A stretch of 63,161 bases of DNA, filler included, from Craspedostauros australis (Eukaryota): NCBI GenBank assembly GCA_030167865.1. It is 10 parts of 10 records of this genome, joined end to end, with 100 filler letters (N's around TTAATTAATTAA, not from the genome) between each part and the next. Parts side by side here need not be neighbours in the genome. Positions count along the whole stretch, not along the records: positions 22,490 to 40,046 come from JALAGF010005231.1; 9 more parts are not named here. One strand, given 5' to 3'. The notes beneath the pieces are model-generated. The model saw only the letters and a program-made list of their open reading frames with translations, made no database searches and was not told the DNA's origin. The translations under genes were made by a program, and so were the position numbers. Of the stretch, positions 22,795 to 34,969 are shown one piece after another. Within the stretch, counting starts at the first letter, position 1. Every line of letters begins with the position of its first letter.

Positions 22795-23236
22795 AGAACA
22801 GAGAACAAAGCAGTGTGGAAGTCAAGCTGGGCATCAAGATCTGGATTACCCACCAACCCACAACGCTGGATTGCGATGCCTGATCGGCAGCCCAGATGAA
22901 GCAGAAGCCTCAGCAAGCCTGGCGCCACTGCGCAATCCTCATCATTTCTTCACACCCAACCGCCCCACCCGTGCGAAATGCGAGAGCGCCGATGATGGAC
23001 ACGACTGGACAGCGAGCCGAAGCACGACTGGCGATTCCGAACCCCATGTGCCTCTCAACGTCCGCATGCTCAACGTGTTTAGTCGTAGACTAATGCGAAA
23101 AATATAAACTTTTTAACTACAAGGCCCAGGATCTTGTAACTTCACTCATATACTCTCTGCAACATAATAGGATGATCTAAGTGCTTATCTTAAAAATCCG
23201 CAAAAACGTACGTTTCTATCCTGAATGGGGTCGTAT
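22795..23236 (+). repeat. Left copy of a diverged inverted repeat (probable DNA transposon end)
   Basis: Reverse complement aligns with 34970-35126 and 36932-37220, e.g. GTCAAGCTGGG..TCAAGATCTGGAT.ACCCACCAACCCA, GCCGAAGCACGACTGGCGATTCCGAACC and AAGTGCTTATCT.AAAAATCCGCAA. Confidence 0.85.
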
Positions 23237-23351
23237 CGCAAAGGAGGACATGTCTTGGAATTCAAAGCAGCTCATTCATCGCCATTGACAGAAAGTGAGA
23301 GTGTCAGTGATACTCCACGAGTTCAGCACAACACGAACGCTTCCAAAAGAG

Positions 23352-25115
23352 ATGGCGAGTGAAGGTGGAGAAATTGTTCCTGATTCTGAGCAATCCAAGA
23401 ATCAGGAAGACAGCTGCGGAGACAAGATGAATCTGGAGAAGCTGGAAGAAGCAACGACCATGGCGGGAATCAACCGAGCCGTTGGGTCGGGAAAGGGCGT
23501 TCCTGATCAAGAGGTGGAGGTTGCTGTGAGCAGCAGCAGTGGTGGCAACATCTCGGAAGTCCCGACGACCCACCATACTCAAGAACAACAGCAAAGCGAA
23601 ACAGACATGAAACAGGGAATGGATGACGACATGATCGACGTAAACATCGACATCGATAGCGACAGTGAATTGGCGCAGAACATGGAGACAGTCACCCTGG
23701 AAGACAACAATGGCGACACTGCCGGCACTGGTGCTGATACTGGCGCCGTCAACGGTGTAACGAATGGAGCAACGGAACATGCGACGGACCACGCCAATCC
23801 TTCTCCGGAGAAGGTTTCTCTGTCCGCAAATGAGGCAGAGGAGGCTGAAGGCGATGCCGCAGTTACGAACGATGGACAACCAGGAACTGAAAAGGAGATC
23901 AACGACGACCAGCATGAGGATGCCACCCCTGACGACGATGACGAACAACCAAAACCCAAGAACCCGCTGGAGTACATGCGCAAGGCCGGTGTTGCCGTGG
24001 CCGGCGGGACCTTGGTCGTCGTGGGGGCCATCATGATTCCCTTGCCGACGCCATTTGGTGCCGTCATTGCAGGTTCGGGCATGGCCGTGCTGGGGACGGA
24101 ATTCGAATCCGCCAACAAGGTCAACAAGCAAGTCGTCTCCAAGGCCAAGGAGCACTTTCAGCAGGCGCGCACCAACCTCGCGACGCGCATCAAGAGGACG
24201 GCCGAGTCCATGGATGAACATGTGGAGAGTGACGGCGATGATACTGCCGGCAACAAAGGCAAACAGAAGGATGGTGGCAAAGACGAAAAAGCCAATCGGG
24301 AAGGTGAGAGCGCCCTGGCTAGCAGCGATGCTCGAAATGAGGGTAATACCACCAGCGATGGCAAGGAGGGTGAAAGTGAGACAGCAGATGCTACTCAGGA
24401 GGAACAAAACGAAACAGAAGCGCTCGCAGACACGTCTGCTGACAATCAACATGACGCCGTCAGAAAGGAATCCGAACTGCCTCCCAGTACTTCGGACAAT
24501 CACCAGACAACAGACACGATGTCCGAACCCATGGATTCGCCCATCGACAGCTCAACGTCTCACTCGGATGGAACCACTGAACAATTCGCCGACACCAAGA
24601 ACGACGGCGGTAAATCTCGAGCACCTCGCAGGACGCGCTCCGCGACATCTTGGCTTGCCTTGAGACCCAGCGAGCGCAAGCGGATCCAACAGCAGCAGCA
24701 AGAGCAACGGCGACAGGAGCAGCAGTCGGAAGCAGCAACAACAACAACAGCAACAACAGCTGATTGGAATGCCGACAAGCCAGATCAATCCAAGCCCACA
24801 TCGTTCCAGAATGCACGCAAGTATTTCCGCAAACGAACGGCGACCTTCCTGACTGGCACATTGCTGCCGTTGGTCCAACAAAAGGAGACGCCCGCGCATG
24901 CTGCGGAAGATGATGCAGATGTGGGCGTCACCATCACCGAGGAACAGCATCAACAGCAGATCGACGCTCTCAGCAACATGAAAGCACACACCAGCAACCA
25001 CGCGGATGACACATCCGCCAGCGAGTCATCCAATGCGCCATCGGCCGATGACAACATGGACGCAGATCTTGCAGCCAGCACAACGCAGGCGACGGAAGAA
25101 ATCATGGAGGCATAA
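23352..25115 (+). CDS. Acidic low-complexity protein with a central PGPGW-like transmembrane hairpin
   Basis: RKAGVAVAGGTLVVVGAIMIPLPTPFGAVIAGSGMAVLGTEFESA resembles the PGPGW (PF09656) membrane motif. The flanks look disordered. Confidence 0.75.
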   Translation: MASEGGEIVPDSEQSKNQEDSCGDKMNLEKLEEATTMAGINRAVGSGKGVPDQEVEVAVSSSSGGNISEVPTTHHTQEQQQSETDMKQGMDDDMIDVNIDIDSDSELAQNMETVTLEDNNGDTAGTGADTGAVNGVTNGATEHATDHANPSPEKVSLSANEAEEAEGDAAVTNDGQPGTEKEINDDQHEDATPDDDDEQPKPKNPLEYMRKAGVAVAGGTLVVVGAIMIPLPTPFGAVIAGSGMAVLGTEFESANKVNKQVVSKAKEHFQQARTNLATRIKRTAESMDEHVESDGDDTAGNKGKQKDGGKDEKANREGESALASSDARNEGNTTSDGKEGESETADATQEEQNETEALADTSADNQHDAVRKESELPPSTSDNHQTTDTMSEPMDSPIDSSTSHSDGTTEQFADTKNDGGKSRAPRRTRSATSWLALRPSERKRIQQQQQEQRRQEQQSEAATTTTATTADWNADKPDQSKPTSFQNARKYFRKRTATFLTGTLLPLVQQKETPAHAAEDDADVGVTITEEQHQQQIDALSNMKAHTSNHADDTSASESSNAPSADDNMDADLAASTTQATEEIMEA

Positions 25116-25626
25116 CATAACATAACATAACATAGCGCCACTTTAACTCATAACGCAAGAAGGGTTGCAAAGACCAGGGAGAGTGGTGTGTGCTTCTCCT
25201 GATTCTGTGCCAACAGTATCGACATTAGGTTCATTCTTCGCTTCGAACAGTGAGGAATTTGGAGGAAGAGGGTTGAAGTCGATCAGATGCTTACAGACGG
25301 ACAGACGAAAAGAATTGTTCGCAAGGTTTGCTTAAAATATGGAATGTTCTGAATCACCGCAGATTTTTCGCCACAACATCGGAAGCCGAATCTTTCTTCT
25401 TCTTCCATGTTTTCGCGCCGTACTGCTCCTACCTTGCCTTTCTCATGGCGATGTGGACAAAGCGGGCGTCCCGAAACACCTCCAATTCGCCATTTCAGAA
25501 GATTGCTGTTGTGGGAAACATAACGTCAGCAATCAAGCCAACGTGAAAGATCGCAACAGGTCCCCAAGATCCACCTGATTTCAGGTTTGGTTGGAAAGAA
25601 AGAAACCAGACGAGCAGATCAACATC

Positions 25627-26928
25627 ATGCGGAACGAACACAACGAGGAGGAGAACGCCACGATTGAGTGCGATGGTGGAAGAACACCTGTGCCTCCGAG
25701 CAATGGAGTGCCGCAACTCACCGCCGGTTCGCCAACTCTGAATCTCACGTTGGTGAACAATTCGTACGCGCCTCCCGGCAACCAGCTGAGTGTGTTTGCC
25801 GCAACGCCTTCGAATCCACGCGCCCTGCCACCCTCCACCAACATGAACGAGTTTGCGGCCTTGCCTTCCAGCTCGTCAGGTGGTTCTCGCCAACGCGCTC
25901 TGCCAGCTCCGACGAATGGACCTGCGGCCTTGCCTTTTAGCCAACCAGCCAATCCGCAGCTGGAGACGGCGACTGACGACAACCAAGTCGAGGACGGCTT
26001 GGAAGCGCCGCTGTTGCAAGCCGATGCAGAGAGCGGCGAATTGCAAGCCGCTCCAACCGCGGAGAACACGACCACGGCCCTGATGCGGGCTCCGTCTCGC
26101 GCGCTGGCGTCGATCAACCGCCGTCTGCCGCGGGCGCTCAAGCTGAACGCATGGACAGCAATAGCCGTCGGTGGCACGATCGCAGCTGCCGCCACGGGAT
26201 CCCTGCCCTTCATCCCTCAGGACATGCATGGCGGGAACCACAACAACGATGCTGGAAACACCCAACGACTACACTGCGCGGCGCGGCTGTCCAACATTCC
26301 TGTTCACGCATTCGAGAAGGAACATGGAACTCCGCATGCCAAAGTGGTCGACTGGTTCACGCATGGCAAAGGGCGCGCCATCCTGGTGCCCGATACCGAC
26401 GAGGACTGCACGTGGGAATCGGACTTCGGCCAGACGTACGCGTTGATGATGATACGTGAATCGCTCGAGGTCAACGATGATTCGTGGCATCCTGTTCACG
26501 TCATGGTGGAGGCTGCCGATGCGTGCCACTGGAGCCGCGTCCAATGCGATGCTCAAGACAAGGTCATCGGATTGTTCTTGGGGCAGGACACATTGTTGGG
26601 GAGTCTTCCCGATGAGCTGTTCGGTCTGCGCCATCTCGAGACGCTGCACGTGCTCGCCAATCCGAAGCTAGTTGGGACCATCTCGACTCTCATTGGCGGC
26701 CTCAGTCGTCTCAAGGAGTTGCACGTCCACAAGACTTCCATTCAAGGCACCATCCCCACGGAATTGGGTTCACTGACACGCCTTGCGACTGCACTGTTCC
26801 ACGAGACTCAACTGAAAGGGGATATGCCATCCGAAGTCTGCGATCTGAAAAACCGAGGTACACTCAAGCAGCTGGAAGCATCCTGTCAATTGGTCCCGTG
26901 CCCCTGCTGCATCTGCGCGCCTTCATGA
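25627..26928 (+). CDS. Membrane-anchored leucine-rich-repeat protein (plant-type LRRs)
   Basis: Single hydrophobic segment (AWTAIAVGGTIAAAATG), cap CHWSRVQC, repeats LLGSLPDELFGLRHLETL / LVGTISTLIGGLSRLKEL / IQGTIPTELGSLTRL / LKGDMPSEVCDL, and a Cys-rich end. This architecture is typical of diatoms. Confidence 0.9.
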   Translation: MRNEHNEEENATIECDGGRTPVPPSNGVPQLTAGSPTLNLTLVNNSYAPPGNQLSVFAATPSNPRALPPSTNMNEFAALPSSSSGGSRQRALPAPTNGPAALPFSQPANPQLETATDDNQVEDGLEAPLLQADAESGELQAAPTAENTTTALMRAPSRALASINRRLPRALKLNAWTAIAVGGTIAAAATGSLPFIPQDMHGGNHNNDAGNTQRLHCAARLSNIPVHAFEKEHGTPHAKVVDWFTHGKGRAILVPDTDEDCTWESDFGQTYALMMIRESLEVNDDSWHPVHVMVEAADACHWSRVQCDAQDKVIGLFLGQDTLLGSLPDELFGLRHLETLHVLANPKLVGTISTLIGGLSRLKELHVHKTSIQGTIPTELGSLTRLATALFHETQLKGDMPSEVCDLKNRGTLKQLEASCQLVPCPCCICAPS

Positions 26929-27599
26929 ACATGGACGCAATGGCATCTCGCTTCAACTGCAGCTCTCGCCACAGCGTAAGGCTGGTGGCTACTCGATGAT
27001 CCTTCGATCTAATATTCGAACAGTTAAAAATAATGTGATGCTCTATTGTATTATATAACATTAAATAGTATTTCCATGCAGCACCTGCCATTTACTATAT
27101 CGTGCTCCTATTTCTGCTCTTGTGCAACATTCGGCATCCTATCCACAGAGAGGGAGGAGTCTGTAGTCTGCGAATACTCTGCTACCTAAACCCAGGTATT
27201 CTACCCTGTAACTCGTGCTGTGGGTTAACCTCCTTTCGCCACCTCTGTTCCGACCGCGTGACGTCACCGCTTGTCAAACAACACCGGCCATCTGTTTTTC
27301 GTGTCATCGGAATCTCGGACGACGCACAGACAAGATCTCGTTCTGCGACGCAACACGAGGCGAACCGAGGTCAGTCAGAAAAGGCCAACAGCAACCAACG
27401 CAATCACGGCGACTGTTCTGATCCTCGCACTTCTCTTGCTCACGTAATCACAATTCCAGTGTCTGTGATCTGCGCAATCCAATCGCTCCGCCTTGTGCAC
27501 AATCGGCTCTCCACGAGCAGTCGTATGCCTATTCAATCAAAGAGAGGAGTCCTCGCAATACCATTGATAGTACCATTCCCATACAAACACCATTGGAAC

Positions 27600-28541
27600 A
27601 TGAAGATCCTGATTGCTTCCGTGGCCACCACCACCATCGTTGCGACGTTGGCAACGGGCGCGGCCGCCTTCTCCGCCGGTGACGTGCCATCGGACGCCTC
27701 CTTCGCCCTGTTCGATCGCTTCCGCGCCGATTGTCCTGCCGATCCAAGCTGCATCTACCAATTCAACGCGGACCTCATCACCGCGGACGCAAGCGCGGAT
27801 GGCAGCGATGCCGACACGCATGACAAGGCCGTCTGGGCGGCCGTCTTTCGCTCCAACAACAACAACCCGTCCGTCTTCGTGCGCGATGAGTTCTTGGGTG
27901 CCATGAATGCCGCGACGACCGCGTCCGCGACTTCGTCGTCCGATGAGGTGCAGCTGCCCATCTCCACGCCGGATCGCATGGACGACAAGCTGCAGAACAA
28001 CCTCGCACGCGAAAAGCCAGTCGCCATTGCGCGGTTGCGACCCTCCGACGACTTTGACGACACGTGGGTGCTGGATTTCATCCGCTGCGTCCTCAAGAAG
28101 GAAACCATGGACGAATCCTGCGACGGCGGCAGCGAATTCATGGAGGCCATCTCCGTGGGCGTCGACGCTCTGCTGTTGCATCATTTGCAGTGCACGACGG
28201 TCCCGTTCGAGGGTGCCATCCGGACAAAATCGACGCTGTTTTCGAGCAAGGTGCTGGAGGAACGTGGATTCGAACCGGTCGAAGAACTGGCCAAGGACAT
28301 GGCGACGCACGTGTCGGCCTACGAGCCCTGCATGGCCAAGTACGCGCAGCGGTCGATAAGCACGGTCTCCAAGAGTCCCGGGGCGCGCGATCGGGCGTTG
28401 CAAATAATATCCCTGCTGGGACGCATGGATCCGGACAAGGAGGAGGCGTCGTCGCGAGATCGCAGCATGGTGGGCAGCACCGACGGCGTGGACGACGATG
28501 AGGACAACGATCCGTGGGCTGGCATCAAGCAGTTCATATAG
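27600..28541 (+). CDS. Hypothetical protein, putatively plastid-targeted
   Basis: Signal peptide MKILIASVATTTIVATLATGAAA followed by F (ASAF-like cleavage motif). Strong coding bias. Confidence 0.75.
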   Translation: MKILIASVATTTIVATLATGAAAFSAGDVPSDASFALFDRFRADCPADPSCIYQFNADLITADASADGSDADTHDKAVWAAVFRSNNNNPSVFVRDEFLGAMNAATTASATSSSDEVQLPISTPDRMDDKLQNNLAREKPVAIARLRPSDDFDDTWVLDFIRCVLKKETMDESCDGGSEFMEAISVGVDALLLHHLQCTTVPFEGAIRTKSTLFSSKVLEERGFEPVEELAKDMATHVSAYEPCMAKYAQRSISTVSKSPGARDRALQIISLLGRMDPDKEEASSRDRSMVGSTDGVDDDEDNDPWAGIKQFI

Positions 28542-28831
28542 AGTGGAATGGAATGGAGCAATTCTCGTCCTACCCGTAATGGGAGGATGAAGTGTACTCT
28601 GCTGTGAAAGAGGCGCAAGCGCCCATCGCGGTGTGATTGCTCGACGTTCGAGCACAGAGTGCAGGTCAAGCACGGAGACTCCAGAGGGACACAACAGGAA
28701 ATGCTGATTCACACAAATCTAATTCAAGACTAGTCACACAATGCTCTCGAGAGTACAATAGCAGTTTCGTTTTCCTGGTTTTCTTTCGTAATCGTACGCA
28801 TCAAACATCTTCCATCTCGTTTTTTCTCTCT

Positions 28832-31800
28832 CTACGTGTCATCCCATTCAAAGATGGCCTGCGGCAGAACGCTGCCCTTCACATGATTCACCTTGATGGT
28901 GGCGCCCCACTCTCTGTAGTACGCACAACAATCCTCCAAATAATCTAACGCGTCGTCTTCGCGGCCGCAGGATCGCAACGCCAATCCCGCACGTTCGCAG
29001 GCCAACGTCCGGTCGCTGTTGTTGCCATTCTCGACGGCATGATCCATCGCCTTCTTGTACCACGCCATGCCTTCGTCGATCGATTCCTCCATCGAGTTCA
29101 ATTCGCCGCGGATCATGTACACCTTCTGCAAGATGTTGGCGGGTGCGAATTCGGCCAGATTCTCCAAGTACGCCAGCTGCTCCCGCGCCTTCGACAGGTA
29201 GTACTTCATGCGCTTGCTCGATTCGCGGTCCGCCTTCTTGGCTTCGCGGTAGGCGCCCCATGCCATCGATGTGCAGATCATGGCGTCCAGGAAGTGGACC
29301 TTGATGGACAACGAGGAGAACAGCATCTCCGTGTTGCCCATGTCTTTCACCTTGTCCAGGATTTCCTGCGCGCGTTTGAACTTGTGCAGGAGGAAGGCCA
29401 TCTCGGCCTGGCAGAGGTACAGACTGAACAGGATCTTGCGGTTGGAATGCAGCTTGGCGTATTTGAACTCCTCCTCCTCGTTCATGATGCTGCCCGACAA
29501 CACCAGCGGGTTGGTCTCGGTCGTTGCGCCGATGAGATTTAGCACCGTCTGAAAGAATGGACGCAGAATCCGCATCAGCACCTCCTGATTCTTCTTGTGC
29601 AGCAACTGGTACACGCCCTTCATGGCCGCAGCGACGTTGGAAAGCGAACCGCCAGCCACGAGCATGTTGAATACCGACAATACCGGACTGATCAGTGCAA
29701 ACTGTGTTCCCCAACAATCGAACGATGTGTAATGAGTGGCGTCAATACGTGGCCATCAAGAGTTCCGCAAGGGCGTTGATGAAGCAATAGAGAGGGAAGG
29801 TTGAAGGTGAGAGATTGTGATGAGGCTTTCAATACCACCACACAGCACAATGCACTGTTGTACCAAATACTGCGGACACCAACACCATCCAAAATACCAT
29901 AATACCATCGCGTACCTCGTTGTCACCAGCCTCCATGCAGAGACGGTACGCAATCTTCAGTGGTTGCTGACACTGTTTCCATGGCTTGCAGTAACGGCTC
30001 AAGATCCCCCAATGGATAGACATCACGCGGCCTCTCCAGGTCTGCTCTTCGATCTTCTCCATGATCTGCACCGCCAATTCGCTGCACCAAATCCCCTTTT
30101 CGATATCCCCCAGCATGCACAGTTGGCTGCCCAACGTGGCGAATCCCACGGCCGACGTATCCGTCAAACCATGCTTGACGGTCAACGCCACCATGCGGCT
30201 CGCAATGAGATGGACCAAGCCGCCTTGGGCGATAAAGCAGGACGACAGCAGCAGATTCAGAATGCTCATGGCCCCGGACCGTCGGCTATCCACCATCATC
30301 TTCAATGACAGGACGTCCGAATCTTGCAAGGGATCCAGCGTGCGCCGCACGGATTTGATTTCGTATTCCATGGCGTTCTTGCGGTTGTTGGAGAATACCT
30401 GCTCTCCCAACTTCGGCAGCACGCTGAGCGCCAGCGAGATGGAATCGTCATGCATCGTGCGTCCGCTCAACGATTTCATCTGGATGGTGTAGGCCTTCAA
30501 CTTGTCGGAGGCATTCCTGGCATTCTCGAGAATCTCAACCAGCCGATTGTCCATGCGCGTGAAATTGCCGGAGCTGTTATACACATCGGCCGAGGCGCTG
30601 TACAGGGCCAGACTCAGTTCGTACTGCTGCCTCCATTTCTGCTTGCCGGGCAGCAGCAGTTCGATTCCCAAATCGAGGTAATTGACGGCCGATATGAACT
30701 CCGTCCATCCGCTGGTGTCCAACCCGGCCTGCAAACACAGCTTGGCGAATGCCTGCTTGCCCGAAGGCCGGAGGTGCATCCGGCTGTGACGCAAATGTGC
30801 CAAGGCACGGTAAATCCCCACCGCCTTCACATCCTGCAGGTACAAATCGCCGATATTGGTATGGTACTTCGCCAGATCCTCCTTCGTGATGAGCTGGTAG
30901 ACGCAATCCTTGAAGGCGGCGTTGGCGAATTCGTACCGCGCCGTGGCGACGGTGTCCGTGTCGGTGATGGTCTTGGCATCCGCGACATCCAACTTCTTGA
31001 TGATGCCCACCTCCTTGGCCTCTTGCAATGATTTGAGAAAGACGCGATCCAACGTTTCGCTGCCGGCGTTGTACACCTTCTTCAGCCGTTGCTCGTCGAT
31101 CTTCATTCCCATGCAGGATGCCATTTGCAGCAGCTTCTGGCAGGAATGGCTCAGCATCATGTACAGCAAACCAAACAATTGATGGACCTCGCCACCGACC
31201 TTCAGCGGCGTTGCCGTGATTTTGTACTCGCGGGGTGGCCTGTCCTTGTCCTTGTCAACGCTGTTGCTGGGTGCCATGATGGCAGTGCTCTTGTTACGAT
31301 CGGCATCGTCATTTTTCTCCTCTTTATCGCCGTGATGGATGTCGTTGTTTGCAGCAGCAGCAGCAGCAGCAGCATGGTTGCCATTGGAATCGCCATCTCC
31401 CTTGCCGCCATTGTCGGCTGCGTCATAATCGTCGCCCATATCAGGCAGGAAGACATCCTTGTGCCGTTCCAAGAGTTGCAAACAAAGCTGGATGGACAAC
31501 GCGTTGCCTTTGGTCCCCTCGTGTATTTGCTCGGACCACGCCTCGAGGTTGGGATACTCCTTGAGATCGTACGCGTTGTCGTCCCGCATCCAATTGAGGA
31601 TGGACGAGGCAGGAATTGGAGACGGCAGGATGGGAACGGACTGAACCCCGGCCGCCTCGAGATTGCGCAGGAACATGGAGAATGGATGTCGCACGCCGAC
31701 GGGACGGAAGGCGACGACGCACAGCAGACCCTGGATCTTTTGATCGGCCACCAAGATTTTGAGGACCTCGAGCGATCCGGGATCGGCGGCCTGGCAGTCA

Positions 31801-34124
31801 TCGAGGACGAGGACGATCGGGTGGTCGGGATGCGAGATGGCCCGCATGAAGTTGCAGTACGTGACGAGGAAACTGGAGCGGTCGCGTTTGTGTTTGTTGG
31901 GCAGGTCGTTTCTGGATTTGTGTCCCAAAAATGGTGACAAGATGGAGCTTGCCGCCGCGGGATGGCTTTCGCTGGCGTCGGTCGCTGTGGACAGGTTCAT
32001 GACCTTGGCCAACGTGGGAATGACAGACGCCAACGACTGCATCTCGGACAGATCCATGACCCTGGACAAGGCCATGCGCACGCGCTGCAAGGATCCCTCC
32101 TGACCCTTCTCGAGGAGACGCTGCAAGAAGAGCTTGCTCGTTTCGATGAGCGGTGCGAAGGGTTGGGGATAATCGATGGCATCGTAACGCCCCATGACGA
32201 AGTATCCGTGATCAAACTCCACCCTGGACTGCAATGATTTGAGAAGCGCCGTCTTGCCATTGCCGCGCTGTCCCACGACCATGACGAGATGACGTAGATG
32301 GCGGTTGTCGTAGGCGCCGGCGAGCTTGGCGTAGTCGTCCTCGCGCGCGTACATGTTGGGCGTCGTGGTGATGTCGAAATGGAAGAGGCTGCTGGCGTTG
32401 GTCTCCACGGAACCGAAGGTGTAGGTGGAGGATTGCTTGACGGCGTCATCGGCCGATGCGGAGACCGATCCTTCCATCTGCTGCGACAAGGAGGATCTCG
32501 AGACCGGCACGGACACCGACGTTTCCATGGGCAAGGGACCGAGCGATTGGATCTGCAGCTGCTGCTGTTTCCGCCTTCTGCGCCTTGCGTTTTGCTTCTT
32601 GGATCTGGTGGATCGCGATGACCTGGTCGATTTCATCGATCGGATGGACCTTGTCGGCGATGCCGGTGCCATCTCCTGCTTGTCCTGACGGGGGATGCCG
32701 TTGATGCCCAGCATGGTTGTTGCGGGCGACATCATTTTCCGTTTGGGCATGATCGATACCAGCGACCTCGTCCTGCGAGGCATCGAGGATGATGTGACCA
32801 TCGCTTGCTCCTGTTGCCGTTGCTGTGCTGTCGCGGGGACCGTCGGGTTTTCGATGCCATCCGCGCCCGCTTTTGTGATGGGTGCTGCTGTATCGGCGGA
32901 TGCAGTTGCAGATGTTCCGGCTGGCGGTGACGTTCTGTTCATTCTGGAATCCCGAAGAAGAGTGTTGTAGCTGACATCGCTGCCGTTCATTGCATGATTT
33001 GTACCGTTGCGCTGGACAGCCGAGGGACTGCTTGGTGTTGCGCTGTTGGATGATATCGTCGTTGTTGGTGTTGTCGTGAGGCTTGTTGGTGGTAATCGTG
33101 AGATGACATGTGTTTTGGGCGGTGTCTCATTTTCGGACACTTCCGCAATCACATCCATGGCTTCATCGTTTGTGTCGTTGGCACTCATGGCGCCATAACC
33201 TCTGTTCATTTCGTTGCCGACACCATTGCCGACACCATTGCCGACACCATTGCCGTCGCCGCTGATGCTCTTGCTGGCAGGACCAGGCTTCGTCGCGTTC
33301 TTTTTGGCTTGGTTGGTGCTGGAATTCGTGGGACGACCTGACTTGGCCAAGAGACTGGCGATGGACTCCGCGGTCATCAGCATCGGCGATGTATCCATTG
33401 GCGGAGGCGGGAGCGGGGTCTCTGCAGTGTTCTTCTTGTCGTCTTTTCCACTCCTGTTGTCATTGAGGCCGCCATTGCCGTTCGCGGCGATGACAACCGC
33501 CTCATCAGGACCCTTGTCACCGCCTTTCGACTCACGTTCGAGCGTATCGCTGGTGCTCATAACCGTGCTCGCAGCATTAGTATTGCCTTCCGCGAAGACG
33601 ACATTGGCAGGCGCTTCCATGCGATCCGACGCCGACGACGATAAAGTCGTCGAGGCCGTGCCGGAAGCCGATCCCTGCTCGTTGGGGATACCGGCCGTCG
33701 ACGATGCCGCCATGGCCGCCTTGAGCTCGTCTTCCAACATCTGCGTGATGCTGGCGTTGTGATGCTCCAGCGACGATGGTGCGTTGGCCGTGCTTCCGAT
33801 GATGTCGCTGATGCTGACATCGGTGTCGTCGTTGTCGTCGTTGTCATGGAGGGTGTCGCCATTGCCGCCATTGCCGCCGCTGGCGGTGTCATCCTTCTCG
33901 CGCAAGGCCTTGATCATGGGATTGTTGAGCATCATGGCCATCATGCTCTCCAAGTCCCTGGAGGAAGCAGATCGGTTGGACAGTTCATCGTGCACGCTGC
34001 CATTGCTGCTGCTGTCGTAGCCGCTGCTGTCGCTGTCATCGCTATGACTGCCACTGCCACTGCCACTGCTGTACTGGCTATCATCGTCATCCGAGATGGA
34101 CACATCAGCGAGGGGGTCCGCCAT
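28832..34124 (-). CDS. STAND/AAA_16-type P-loop NTPase with helical (TPR-like) C-terminus; 2 exons (34124-29916, 29701-28832), about 1692 aa
   Basis: Walker A GQRGNGKT, GRYD...PQPFAP, Walker B IVLVLDDCQAAD, TKGNAL, and downstream W..QYELSLALY typical of the core of HstK-like hybrid kinases. A phase-0 GT..AG intron at 29915-29702 joins GDNE to FALISPVLSVF in frame. Confidence 0.88.
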
Positions 34125-34296
34125 GGTGCTGCTGATGACCCTTGAGGTGTGGCTGCGAGTGTGTGTGGCGGTAGTCGTAACTTGGCAGCAGAAGTGCCCG
34201 CAGAGGAGGTATAGTACGAGCCACTATGTATTCCGGGCAGTTGTGATGTTTGCCTCCGACTCTGCCTCTCCGTCTTTCTCGTTCTCCTTCTCTTGC

Positions 34297-34354
34297 GCTC
34301 TGACTTGCACTCTGACTTGCACTCTGACGTGCACTCTGACGTGCACTCTGACTT
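34297..34354. repeat. 12-bp tandem repeat (CTCTGACKTGCA) upstream of the NTPase gene
   Basis: About 4.5 copies visible. Confidence 0.85.
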
Positions 34355-34969
34355 CGGCTTTGGCTTCGGTTGACCTCCTGTGTTGGTTGGAGTTGGCCTT
34401 TCTCTCGTGCTGACGTGCTATGGGGGGTACCGTGGTTGTGAATGGTGTTGGTGTTGGTATTGGCGTCAGTGTTGGTGTCAGTACTGCCGCTGTGCTCCAA
34501 CTTCTCCACTCTCTTCCTCCTCTCTTTCCCTCTCCCTCTCTTGATGTCGATGTTCCGTTTGGCACTCCGTCATCGCCACCGACACCGACACCGTCCTCCC
34601 GCCATTGCCGCTCCAACTTCGCGAGTGTTCTCCACTCAGCCTCAACGAAAGCGAAGGAAAATGCAATGATGCCTCCCGTTGTCCTTGCAGGCTAATTGGT
34701 GCGGCGAGCTCACCAGGCACATTTAACAGTCGACTCAAACGCGTCAGGCCAAACCCATTGTCGCATCGCGGGAACAAATAGACGCAATTTAATTGTGGGA
34801 CCCGCGCCAACAAATCCAATTGGCATCGTCATCGGAGAAACCACCATCATCGACTTGTGCGATTGCGAAAAGACGTGTTGCGATTCATTGGATCCAAACA
34901 GCTTTGGTCATTTCGGACGCATGCGGCACTCTGGTTCCAGTCGTGTTCCGCCAACAAAACAACCCGAAC

